Source of the DNA: an uncultured Selenomonadales bacterium
Lineage (GTDB): Bacteria > Bacillota > Negativicutes > Selenomonadales > Selenomonadaceae
NCBI GenBank assembly: GCA_937877545.1
Contig: CALFJE010000093.1
Location: forward strand, 27,519 to 91,518
DNA: 64,000 nucleotides
Reading direction: 5' to 3'
Part shown: in pieces, positions 20,689 to 30,500 of the stretch
Position numbering within the stretch: position 1 is the stretch's first letter
Layout: each line of letters opens with the position of its first letter
The notes under the pieces: model-generated
Told to the model about the DNA's origin: nothing
Databases searched by the model: none
Seen by the model: the letters and a program-made list of their open reading frames with translations, nothing else
Position numbers and translations under genes: made by a program

Positions 20689-21599
20689 CGGATATATCTC
20701 CTGAACTCGAAGCCGTTGCGAATTTGCGCGGAAGCAAGTTTGAATTCGTCAACGTCGGGAAAAAAGGCGTCGGCTTGAACGTCGGCGTCGACGACGGTAA
20801 GGAAAAGCTCCGTCGCGTAGGGGATAAGCTCCTTAAAAATTTGCGCCCCGCCGATAACGAAATTGCCCTGCGCGGCGTCAAGGACTTCAAACAGCTTCGC
20901 GATACCGGCGACGACCTCCGCGCCCGCAATCTTATCGTGCGAACGGCTCAAGATGATATTCCTGCGACCGTCGAGCGGTTGGCGATTGGGGAAGGTGTCG
21001 AGGGTGCGCCGCCCGTAAATAATCGTGTGCCCCTGCGTGAGGCGTCGGAAATGTTTTAAGTCTTCGGCGATACGGAACAGGAGCTTGCCGCCGCGACCCA
21101 GCCCGAAATTTTTATCGACGCACGCAACGAGCTTGAACTTAAAATCGGTCGGCGAACCCGCCGTGCGAATCACCTTGTCGCCGCGCAGATTGAACTTTAA
21201 CGTCGGGCAAATCTCTGCCAGCGGTATCAAGGCGAAGTCGCGTTCAAACAGGAACTTATGCGGCACCGTCAATCGTTCCGAAGAAATTTCGCGCCCTTCA
21301 ATCAGCAAGATGTCCAAGTCAATCGTTCGCGCTCCCCAATGTTCGCGACGCACTCTGCCCAGCTCCAGTTCAATCCGTTGTAACGCGTCAAGCAGTTCAA
21401 GCGGCTCAAGCTCCGCAGAAATTTTAATCGCGGCGTTGAGGAAGGGCGGCTGATTGACGACGCCCCACGGCTCCGACTCATAAAACGACGACACCCGCCT
21501 AAGCTTAACGGCGGGGATTTTTTTTACAAGCTCAATCGCCCGCCGCAAAGTTCGTTGCCTGTCGCCGAGGTTCGCGCCCAATCCGATATGGCAAATCAT
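20685..21599 (-). CDS. Bifunctional HPPK (FolK) - dihydrofolate reductase (FolA) fusion
   Basis: N-terminal half: [39 protein letters not shown] (HPPK). C-terminal half: [54 protein letters not shown] (DHFR). ATG at 21599 preferred over TTG at 21617. Confidence 0.85.
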   Translation of the reverse strand: MICHIGLGANLGDRQRTLRRAIELVKKIPAVKLRRVSSFYESEPWGVVNQPPFLNAAIKISAELEPLELLDALQRIELELGRVRREHWGARTIDLDILLIEGREISSERLTVPHKFLFERDFALIPLAEICPTLKFNLRGDKVIRTAGSPTDFKFKLVACVDKNFGLGRGGKLLFRIAEDLKHFRRLTQGHTIIYGRRTLDTFPNRQPLDGRRNIILSRSHDKIAGAEVVAGIAKLFEVLDAAQGNFVIGGAQIFKELIPYATELFLTVVDADVQADAFFPDVDEFKLASAQIRNGFEFRRYIR

Positions 21600-21601
21600 G
21601 C

Positions 21602-22009
21602 TTAACGCTGTTTCCAAATGCCGGCTAAGGATTCGTGTCCGCGACTGCGTACCAGCTCAATCGCCGCGCCCGCGAATTTATCTTTGACGTTCGGCGCGTG
21701 CTTATGGAGGACGATTTTCACGCCGTCAAGGAGCATGTAGCGTTTAAAGAGGAAGTCGGAAATTTCCTGCGCGACGGTCTCAATCAGGTTGCGCGAGGTG
21801 CCGCCGACGATTTTTTTAACGTCATCGATAACTGCGGCGTAGTCAATGGTATCGCCGAGGTCGTCGCTCTTAGCCGCCTGCGTCAAGTCAAGGTAAAGCT
21901 CCACGTCGACGATAAAAGTCTGTTCGCGACTGCGTTCCTCCTCCGAACAACCGTGCCGCCCCGAAGTTTTAATGCCCGTCAGAATGATTTTGTCCGTCAA
22001 GTGAATCAC
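21602..22009 (-). CDS. folB: Dihydroneopterin aldolase
   Basis: 135 aa. ..LTGIKTSGRHGCSEEERSREQTFIVDVELYLD..DDLGDTIDY pattern. ATGA overlap with folP. Confidence 0.85.
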   Translation of the reverse strand: MIHLTDKIILTGIKTSGRHGCSEEERSREQTFIVDVELYLDLTQAAKSDDLGDTIDYAAVIDDVKKIVGGTSRNLIETVAQEISDFLFKRYMLLDGVKIVLHKHAPNVKDKFAGAAIELVRSRGHESLAGIWKQR

Positions 22010-22830
22010 GTCTCCCTAAAAAGTTTGTCTATAATCAAGCACATTGGCGAAATCATGGCGAGGTTATGGACGCGCAGGAGGTCGAAGCCTTGCATAATCG
22101 CATGGACGCACAGTGCTCCCGTTGCTTCGTCGCGCTCTTCGACGGGAAAGCCCGTTGCCCAGCCGATAACGCTTTTGCGGCTCACGCCCAGCATTAAGGG
22201 AATTTCGCACCCGTCCAAAGTCTTAAGTTCACCGAGGCGGCGGAGTATCGTCCAATTTTCCTCTTGCGTCTTGCCGAAGCCGATACCGGGGTCGAAGATA
22301 ATCTGCGCGGGGTCTAAGCCGCGAGCCGCGCAGGTGTCCGAAGTTCTGCGGAAAAATCTTTGCAAGTCGGCAATGATGTCGCCGTCGGAGCAACGTTCGC
22401 AATGCCCGGCGATAACGGGCGCGTTGAACTTTTTGGCAACGTCAATCATGCGCGAATCCTCCAGCCCGTGCACGTCGTTGATAATGTCCGCGCCGAGTTC
22501 AAGGGCTTGGGCGGCGACTTCGGGCTTGTAGGTGTCGACGGAGACGGGAACGCCGAAAGTTTTAATGGCGGGCAAGACCTTTTCGAGACGGGTAATTTCC
22601 TCGTCGCTGCTTACGGGCGTGGAACCGGGGCGCGTGGATTCTGCGCCGATGTCGAGGATGTCCGCGCCGTCTTCAATCAGTTGCGCCGCGTGCGCCATTG
22701 CCTTATCCGCCGAGAAATATTTGCCGCCGTCGGAGAAGGAGTCGGGCGTTATGTTCAAAATCCCCATCAATAACGTTTTGCCGCCGACGGTCAGCTTGTG
22801 TCCGCCGCGCAGATTGAAAGTTCTCTTCAT
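22006..22830 (-). CDS. folP: Dihydropteroate synthase
   Basis: 274 aa. GILNITPDSFSDGG, DILDIGAESTRPG, DPGIGFGKT and SRKS motifs. Confidence 0.93.
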   Translation of the reverse strand: MKRTFNLRGGHKLTVGGKTLLMGILNITPDSFSDGGKYFSADKAMAHAAQLIEDGADILDIGAESTRPGSTPVSSDEEITRLEKVLPAIKTFGVPVSVDTYKPEVAAQALELGADIINDVHGLEDSRMIDVAKKFNAPVIAGHCERCSDGDIIADLQRFFRRTSDTCAARGLDPAQIIFDPGIGFGKTQEENWTILRRLGELKTLDGCEIPLMLGVSRKSVIGWATGFPVEERDEATGALCVHAIMQGFDLLRVHNLAMISPMCLIIDKLFRET

Positions 22831-22848
22831 AACCTGCCTCCCGGTGGC

Positions 22849-22918
22849 TAGTTCCTAGTGGCTAGTAGCTACTCCCTACTCCCTACTCCCTACTCCCTAC
22901 TCCCTAATTCCTGATTTA
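22849..22918. repeat. Ten perfectly phased heptamers: TAGTTCC TAGTGGC TAGTAGC (TACTCCC)x5 TAATTCC TGATTTA
   Basis: Read directly. Lies in the 5' region of folP (- strand) and upstream of the RND operon promoter. Confidence 0.9.
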
Positions 22919-22950
22919 GCATTATAGCGCATTGCCGGCTTAAGTTCAAA

Positions 22951-22979
22951 TTGACATTTAGCCGCCGAAACCGTAAAAT
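22951..22979 (+). promoter_or_regulatory. Sigma70-type promoter of the MFP/transporter/RND operon
   Basis: TTGACA (22951-22956), 17-nt spacer, TAAAAT (22974-22979). Confidence 0.65.
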
Positions 22980-23015
22980 TTCTTTTGAAATTTTCAATAA
23001 GTGGGAGGGGTCGAA

Positions 23016-24296
23016 GTGGTTTTATCGAAAGCCAAATTGATGATACCGGCGGCAATGTTGGCAGCGTCGTCAATAGTTTTCGGCGGCTGCGGCGACGACA
23101 ATAATCAGCAGCAAGCGCAAGTTCAAAAGGCGCAAGTCAAGGCGATGAAGGTCATTCAACGCGACACGCCGCTGGCAAGTGAGTACGCGGGACATCTCGT
23201 CGGCACGGAGGAGGTTAAAGTTCAGGCAAAAATATCCGGCAACGTCGTCGAGAAATTGGTAAACGGTGGGCAATACGTTGAGCAGGGACAGCTCCTCTAC
23301 CGAATCGATTCGCGCCAATACAAATCCGCCGTCCTTCGGGCGCAAGCAGACCTGGCTCAAGCCGAGGCGGTGCTCGACCAATCGGTAGCGACTTACAACA
23401 ACTCCTTGGCGGATCTCAGACGCGACGAACAACTCTTGGCGGAGGCGGCCATAGCCGAGCAAGTCGTCACCACTCAAGCCGCCAAAGTTCGCGCAGATGA
23501 GGCAACTTGCGCCGCCAACGAGGCAGCCATTTACGCCTGTCAAGCCGCGCTCCGCACCGCACAGGAGGATCTTGCCGATACCGAAATCTACGCGCCCATG
23601 ACGGGGCAGCTCGGCGTCGACGACGTGGCGGTCGGTACCTTCGTATCGGCGGGGCAAACCACGCTCGTAACTATCGGCTCGCCCGACCCTATCTTTGCGC
23701 AGTTTTCTATCAGCGAAGCCGATTATCTGCACTTCATGACGGTTCAGAATATGCAATCCGACCATAACCCGATTGGCGTCACCATAACGCTTGCCGACGG
23801 TAAGGAATATCCCTTCGAGGGGCGTATCGTCGAGGTTGACCGCGAACTTGCCAACAGTACCGGTTCGCTCATCATGAAAGCAATTTTCCCAAATCCCAGC
23901 GGCTTGCTTATGCCGGGCATGTTCGCCCGCGTCAAGCTCAGCGGCGAAGTCATTCCCAACGCAATCTTGGTTCCTCAACGCGCCGTCCAACAACTTTTGG
24001 GCAAATCGTTCGTTATGGTTGTCGGCGCGGAGGATAAGTCAGAAGCCCGCACCGTCGAACTCGGCGACCAGGTCGGCAGTTACTTCGTTGTCAACAAGGG
24101 CATTGGCACGAGCGATACCGTTATCGTCGAGGGCTTGACCAACTTGCGCGAGGGCGTCGAGCTTGCCGTCAAGACCGTCACGCCCGGCGAAATGGGCTTT
24201 ACCCTTGCCAACGTCGTGAGTACTTACAACGCCGACGCGGGGCTTGACGCGCCCAATACCAATCCCAACGCGCCCGACAATCTGCGCGGAAGGTAA
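23016..24296 (+). CDS. RND efflux periplasmic adaptor (membrane fusion protein, AcrA/HlyD family) lipoprotein
   Basis: GTG 23016 after GGGAGGGG. Lipobox SIVFGGC. Coiled-coil hairpin and barrel motifs (YAPMTGQLG.., GMFARVKL). Confidence 0.85.
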   Translation: MVLSKAKLMIPAAMLAASSIVFGGCGDDNNQQQAQVQKAQVKAMKVIQRDTPLASEYAGHLVGTEEVKVQAKISGNVVEKLVNGGQYVEQGQLLYRIDSRQYKSAVLRAQADLAQAEAVLDQSVATYNNSLADLRRDEQLLAEAAIAEQVVTTQAAKVRADEATCAANEAAIYACQAALRTAQEDLADTEIYAPMTGQLGVDDVAVGTFVSAGQTTLVTIGSPDPIFAQFSISEADYLHFMTVQNMQSDHNPIGVTITLADGKEYPFEGRIVEVDRELANSTGSLIMKAIFPNPSGLLMPGMFARVKLSGEVIPNAILVPQRAVQQLLGKSFVMVVGAEDKSEARTVELGDQVGSYFVVNKGIGTSDTVIVEGLTNLREGVELAVKTVTPGEMGFTLANVVSTYNADAGLDAPNTNPNAPDNLRGR

Positions 24297-24308
24297 GAGG
24301 TCGCTTTG

Positions 24309-25931
24309 ATGAAGGCTTTTCATTTGGATGCGGAAAACTTCGCCGATATGCAGACGAAACTTGAGCCGCAACTTGAGCAACTTAAAATCAAGCAGAAAGA
24401 TATTTTGGACGCGGAGCTTTTGGTCGAGGAAATTTTTTGGCGCATGGTCAACAAGGGCAAAGCCGCGCAGGTTAAAGTTCAAGTCGTCAAACGGCTTTTC
24501 GGCAAAGTTCAAGTTCAAATGACGGCGGAAGGTGCGCCTTACAGTCCGCTTATCGAATTGTCGGATTGGGACGAAGATACGGACGACGAAGATTATTTCA
24601 GCATGATGATTCTTAAAGCCAATCGGCAGAAAATGAATTGGCTCCGCAAGAATAATCTTAACGTCATCACGATTAACGTCCGCAGTGAAAGCAACTTGCA
24701 GACTGTCCTGACGGTGGCGGGCATTTTCGGCGGACTGATTTGCGGCGTCCTCATGCGCGAATTCCTTTCGCCCGAAGCCGAGGCTTTTATCTGCGAGACG
24801 ATTATCCGCCCGCCCGAAACAATGTTCCTCAACGCGCTGAGCCTGCTCATTGCGCCGGTGATTTTCTTCAGCGTGGCGAGCGGGATAATCGGCATGAACG
24901 CGGGCGCAAACGTCGGGCGAATCGGCTCAAAACTTATCGGGCTGTACCTTTGCACGAGCGTACTTGCTTCGATTGTCGGGCTGAGCGTCGCGGAATTTTT
25001 ATTCGGAAACGGCGTGCCGCAAATCGGGACGATTCCGACCGATGCCGCCGTCGAAAGCTACGAATTCTCCATGATTAAATTTATCGTCGACCTAATCCCC
25101 GCCGATTTCGTCAGACCCATTGCCGAGGGGAAAATCCTGCAGATTATTTTTATCGCGATATTTTTTGGCATATCCATTAACGCGCTCGGCAACAAAGTCG
25201 CGCCACTCAAGGAGCTGGTCGGCAACCTGAACGATGTTTTTGCAAAAATGATGTCTATGGTAATGTTCTTCGTGCCGTTGATTGCCTTCTTCGCGATGAC
25301 AATTTTGGCTCTCGAACTCGAAGCCGAAGCCGTAATGATTATATCCAAACTGATTATTGTACAACTGGTCGCGGCTCCGGTGCTGTTCGGCGTCTTCCTG
25401 ATTTTTATCGGGCGCGTCGGGAAAATTTCCTTTAAGCCCTTCGCCAAAAAAGGTCTCGCGCTTCTGCCGCCCGCCTTCGCAACAAGCAGTACAAGTGCCG
25501 TTATGTCGCAGATGATGAATCTTTGCACGGGCAAACTGGGCGTTTCGCCGAAAATCTCTTCGTTCGCCGTACCGCTTGGGGCGTCGGGTCTGAACTGTGC
25601 CGGTGCCATGATTTATATTATTACGGTCTGTGTCATGCTGTTAAAGATGTACGGCGTGGAGCTTGACTTGCAAACCTGCGCATTGTTTGCGGTCTTGTCG
25701 GTGCCGATAACTGTCAGCACACCGATGGTGCCGGCGGCTTCGGTAATTTGCATTGTGACCATTGCCGCCTGCTTTGGCGTCCCGAATGATGTTGCGGCGT
25801 TGATATTTTGCCTCGACGCTTTGAGCGACAGGATTGCCACTTGTATGAACGTCTTATCGAATATGACGGCGACGACAACGCTTGCGCGAACCGAAAATCT
25901 TTTGGACGAGAAAATTTATTTTGAGGAGTAA
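24309..25931 (+). CDS. Dicarboxylate/amino acid:cation symporter (DAACS/SDF family) with an N-terminal degenerate RsbW-like GHKL domain, paralog 1
   Basis: About 130-aa soluble N-domain alignable to the 12971-13384 protein. Then SDF core (LLIAPVIFFSVASGIIGM...GRIGSKLIGLYLCTS... ATSSTSAVMS). Confidence 0.75.
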   Translation: MKAFHLDAENFADMQTKLEPQLEQLKIKQKDILDAELLVEEIFWRMVNKGKAAQVKVQVVKRLFGKVQVQMTAEGAPYSPLIELSDWDEDTDDEDYFSMMILKANRQKMNWLRKNNLNVITINVRSESNLQTVLTVAGIFGGLICGVLMREFLSPEAEAFICETIIRPPETMFLNALSLLIAPVIFFSVASGIIGMNAGANVGRIGSKLIGLYLCTSVLASIVGLSVAEFLFGNGVPQIGTIPTDAAVESYEFSMIKFIVDLIPADFVRPIAEGKILQIIFIAIFFGISINALGNKVAPLKELVGNLNDVFAKMMSMVMFFVPLIAFFAMTILALELEAEAVMIISKLIIVQLVAAPVLFGVFLIFIGRVGKISFKPFAKKGLALLPPAFATSSTSAVMSQMMNLCTGKLGVSPKISSFAVPLGASGLNCAGAMIYIITVCVMLLKMYGVELDLQTCALFAVLSVPITVSTPMVPAASVICIVTIAACFGVPNDVAALIFCLDALSDRIATCMNVLSNMTATTTLARTENLLDEKIYFEE

Positions 25932-25936
25932 GTTTA

Positions 25937-27547
25937 ATGCAAGCTTTGAATTTGAGCGCGGAGAATTTTTCCGCCATGCAAGAGGATTTGGAAGTTCAGC
26001 TTACGCGGGCGAAGATTGAGCTTAAAGACGCCTTGCGGGCGGAGCTTTTGGTCGAAGAAATTTTTTGGCGCATGGTCAACAAAGGCGGAGCCGCGCAGGT
26101 TAAAGTTCAAGTCGTCAAAAGCTTTTTCGGCGGCGTATCAATTCAAATGACGGCGGAGGGTGCCGCTTACAATCCGCTCGTCGAAGTGTCGGATTTGGGC
26201 GAGGACGACGAAGACTATTTCAGCCTGATGATTCTTAAAGCCAATCGGCAAAAGATGACGTGGCTCCATAAAAATAATTCCAACGTCGTTACAATCCGCG
26301 TCAGCAACGAAAAGAATCTCCGCCTGAAATTTACTTTTGCGGGCATTGTCGGCGGCGTGATTTGCGGCTTCCTCCTGAAAGAATCCGCCGCGCCCGAAAC
26401 GATTGCCCTAATCACCGAAAATATCATAAATCCGATTTATACGATGTTTATGCACGCGCTGAGCATGGTTATCGCGCCGGTGATTTTCTTCAGCGTGGCG
26501 AGCGGGATAATCGGCATGAACGCGGGCGCAAACGTCGGGCGAATCGGCTCAAAACTTATCGGGCTGTACCTTTGCACGAGCGTACTTGCTTCGATTGTCG
26601 GGCTGAGCGTCGCGGAATTTTTATTCGGAAACGGCGTGCCGCAAATCGGGACGATTCCGACCGATGCCGCCGTCGAAAGCTACGAATTCTCCATGATTAA
26701 ATTTATCGTCGACATAATCCCCGCAAACCTCGTAAGCCCCATTGCCGACGGCAACTTAATGCAAGTGATTTTTATCGCGGTGCTGTGCGGGCTTGCCCTT
26801 AACGCGCTGGGCAACAAAGTCCGAATCCTCCGCGACTTTTTTGCCGACTGCAACGAATTTTTTATGAAGCTCGTCACGATGATAATTTTCTTCGTGCCGC
26901 TGATAGCGTTCTTCGCCATGACGACGTTGATAACGCAGACGGGCGGCGATGCCCTCCTCATGGTGGGCAAGCTGATTATCGGACTGATTATCGCAAGTTG
27001 CGTAATGCTCGGCGTCTATATGCTGTTGGTTCGATTTATCGGGAAACTTTCGCCGTTGCCCTTCCTGAAAAAAATCCCGTCGTTGTGGGCGGTGCCGTTC
27101 GCGACAAGCTCCAGCGCGGTCACCATGCCTTTTACCATGGATTTATGCACAAAAAAAATGGGCGTCGCGCCGAAAATCTCTTCGTTCTCCATACCGATTG
27201 GCGTGACGGTCAACATGGACGGTGCTTGTATTTACCTGCCGGTCGCCGCTATTATGCTCCTGAAAATGTACGGCGTCGCGGTCGATTTCAACGCGCTGAT
27301 TATAATTTTCGCAATGACCGCGATGTTGTCAATCGGTTCGCCCGCCGTGCCAAATGCCGCCGTCATTTGCGTTATAACCATTGTTGCGTTGTTCGGCGTG
27401 CCGGCGGACATTGCGGGGCTTTTGTTTTGTATTGATATTGTTTGCGACAGGATTGTCACTTGCTTTAACGTGACCGGCGACGTGGCGGCGACTGTGGCTT
27501 TGGCGCGAACAGAAAATCTGCTCGACAAGAAAATTTACTTCAGCTGA
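25937..27547 (+). CDS. DAACS/SDF symporter with an N-terminal degenerate GHKL-like domain, paralog 2
   Basis: Same architecture as paralog 1. GAGGAG RBS. 240 nt are identical to paralog 1. Confidence 0.75.
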   Translation: MQALNLSAENFSAMQEDLEVQLTRAKIELKDALRAELLVEEIFWRMVNKGGAAQVKVQVVKSFFGGVSIQMTAEGAAYNPLVEVSDLGEDDEDYFSLMILKANRQKMTWLHKNNSNVVTIRVSNEKNLRLKFTFAGIVGGVICGFLLKESAAPETIALITENIINPIYTMFMHALSMVIAPVIFFSVASGIIGMNAGANVGRIGSKLIGLYLCTSVLASIVGLSVAEFLFGNGVPQIGTIPTDAAVESYEFSMIKFIVDIIPANLVSPIADGNLMQVIFIAVLCGLALNALGNKVRILRDFFADCNEFFMKLVTMIIFFVPLIAFFAMTTLITQTGGDALLMVGKLIIGLIIASCVMLGVYMLLVRFIGKLSPLPFLKKIPSLWAVPFATSSSAVTMPFTMDLCTKKMGVAPKISSFSIPIGVTVNMDGACIYLPVAAIMLLKMYGVAVDFNALIIIFAMTAMLSIGSPAVPNAAVICVITIVALFGVPADIAGLLFCIDIVCDRIVTCFNVTGDVAATVALARTENLLDKKIYFS

Positions 27548-27580
27548 CCCCAAACTATAACTTGAAAAGGAGGAGGTAAC

Positions 27581-30500
27581 TTGGCAAAGTTCTTTATTCA
27601 TCGACCGATATTCGCGATAGTCATTGCGCTGATAATAACGCTCGTCGGTATCCTGGCGGCGTTGCAACTGCCTATCGCCCAATATCCGCAAATTTCCCCG
27701 CCGACAATCTCCGTAAGTACCACCTACACCGGCGCGAATGCCTCCGTCGTCAACGAGACCATTGCGCAGGTTATCGAGCAACAGGTCAACGGCACCGACG
27801 GCATGGACTACATGAGCTCCAACTCCGACGATACGGGGCGTTACAGCCTCAGCGTCGTCTTCGCGGTCGGCACCGACGGCGATATGGACTCCGTTAAAGT
27901 TCAAAACAACGTAGCCATTGCCAACGCCAGCTTGCCAACCGACGTTCAGCGCGTAGGCGTCACGACCCGTAAGGCGTCAAACGAAATGGCTCTGTTCCTC
28001 GCCATGTATTCGCCCACCGGTGAATACGACCGCGCCTTTATGAAGAATTATTCCGATATTTACCTCATGGACGAGATTAAGCGCGTCGACGGCGTGGGCG
28101 ACGTTCAAATCTTCGGCTCCGATTACTCCATGCGCATTTGGCTCAACCCCGATAAGCTTGCCGAGCTGGACTTGACGGTTGCCGAGGTTGCCGCCGCCAT
28201 TAACGAGCAAAACCTCCAAGCGGCGGCGGGTACTATCGGCTCCATGCCGCTTTCTCAAGGGCAGGAAAAGCAATATACCGGCAAAGTTCAGGGGCGTCTC
28301 ACCGAGATTGAGGAGTTCGGCAACATTATCCTCAAGGCGAACAGCGACGGCACCTTTGTTTACATGAAGGACGTTGCGCGAATCGAATCGGGGCAGAAAG
28401 CCAACAACATTATCGCCAAATTCAACGGCTATCCGTCCGTCGGCTTCGGCATTCAGCTTACCTCCGACGCAAACGCCATGACGACCGTCCGCGGCGTGCA
28501 AGACATCATCGAGCGTCAACGCCCGAATCTGCCGCCCGGACTTTACATCAGCGAAATTTTCGACAGCACCGACTTTATCCGCGCCTCAATCAACGAGGTT
28601 GCTCACACATTCTTTGAGGCGTTGCTGTTGGTCGTGCTGGTTATCTTCGTGTTCCTGCAGAGCTGGCGGGCGACGCTGATACCGCTCCTCGCGGTGCCGG
28701 TTTCGCTAATCGGGACGTTCGCGGCGTTCGTTGCCCTGGACTTCTCAATCAACACGCTGACATTATTCGCAATGGTTTTGGCAATCGGGTTGGTCGTCGA
28801 CGACGCAATAGTCGTTATAGAAAACGTCGAACACCACATGGAAGAGGGACTTCAGCCCGTCGACGCGACCGAACGCGCAATGGACGAAGTTCAAGGACCC
28901 GTCGTGGCTATCGCGTTCGTATTGGCGGCGGTGTTCGTGCCCGTGGCGTTCCTGGGCGGCATGATGGGCGTATTGTATCGGCAATTCGCTTTGACGATAG
29001 CAATATCAATGGGCTTATCGGCATTCGTCGCGCTCACGTTGACGCCGGCTCTTTGCGCCATGATCCTCAAGCCCAAAAATCCCGATGCCAAGCGCGGTTT
29101 CTTCGACAAATTCTTTGACGGCTTCAACAACTGGTTCGACCGCACGAAAAATTCTTACGTCGGCATTGTCGGCAATTTTATCAAGGTGTCGAAGTTGGCG
29201 ATAGTCTTCCTGCTTATCGTCGGCGGCGTGACGTGGCTTGTCTATCAGCGGCTCCCGTCCACGTTCGTGCCCGAAGAAGACCAAGGCTATTTCTTCACGT
29301 CGATAAACCTGCCCGAAGGTACCTCGATGAATCACACCGTTGAGACGATTGACAAGCTCGGCGCGGCGGTTATGAAGGAAATGCCCGGCTTGAAAAACTG
29401 CATGATGATTACGGGCTTTGATATTCTGTCGTTCGGCTCCAAACCCAGCGCGGGCATAATCGTTTGCGGTTTGGAGGATTGGACGAAGCGCGGCGCGGAC
29501 GCCTCAATCAACGCGTGTATCGGGACTATGTTCCGCCTCGGCGCAATGACGGTACCCGAAGCGCAAGTTATCGCGTTCAACCCGCCCGCACTGCCCGGCT
29601 TGGGTAACGTCGGCGGCTGGTCGTTGCAACTGCAGGATATGGCGGGTCACACCGACGAGGAGCTTGACGCCTTGACGAAACGAATCGTCGCCAAAGCCAA
29701 TCAGCGTCCCGAAATGCAGGGCGTGCGCACGACCTTTAACATTGCCACGCCGACCGTTGAGTATGAGATTGACCGCGAAAAGGTTAAGCTCCTCGGCGTG
29801 CAGCTGTCCGACGTGTTTGACGCGTTGCAAGTCAATTTCGGCGGTATGCAGGTCAACGACTTTAACAAATTCGGGCGGACGTATAAGGTTATGCTTCAAT
29901 CGGACGTGCTGTATCGCTCCGAGGCTGAATGCTCAAGGTTCGTCTTCGTGAAGGGTTCGGGCGGGCAAATGGTTCCGCTTGACAGCCTTGTCACGCCGCG
30001 CTACTCCACCGGTCCGACGCAAATATCAAGGTTTAACGCCGCCCGCGCCGTCACGATTCAAGGCAATGCGGGCGCGGGTTACAGCTCCGGTCAAGCCATG
30101 AACGCTATAGAGGAAATTGTCCGCGAGGAGGCGGGCGTCGGCTTCAATATCGAATGGTCGGGGCAGTCCCGCGAAGAAAAGAAAGCCGCCAGTTCAACGG
30201 GACAAGTCTTGGCGTTGGCGTTGGTGTTCGTCTTCCTTATGCTTGCCGCGCTGTACGAAAGCTGGAGCGTGCCGTTCGCGGTGCTCTTGAGCGTGCCGAC
30301 GGGCTTATTCGGCGCGGTCGTCTCGGAATACGTGTTGGCGGCAATATCGGCGTCTATGCACAACGGGCAAGCCAATGCGGGGCTTCAAGATTCGGTCTAT
30401 ATGCAGATTGGAATCATCATGATAATCGGCTTGGCGGCGAAAAACGCGATACTGATCGTCGAGTTCGCGAAAGTGCGCGTCGACAGGGGAATGGAAGTTA

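Noticed and set aside
21600-21617. TTG at 21617 as the start of the folK-folA fusion
   Set aside because: It would overlap folB by 16 nt. The ATG at 21599 gives the conserved HPPK N-terminus ([12 protein letters not shown]) directly after the folB stop.
27329-27904. 191-aa minus-strand ORF bridging the DAACS-2 / RND junction
   Set aside because: It overlaps two well-supported + strand genes, its composition is typical of antisense frames, and it has no RBS or motifs.
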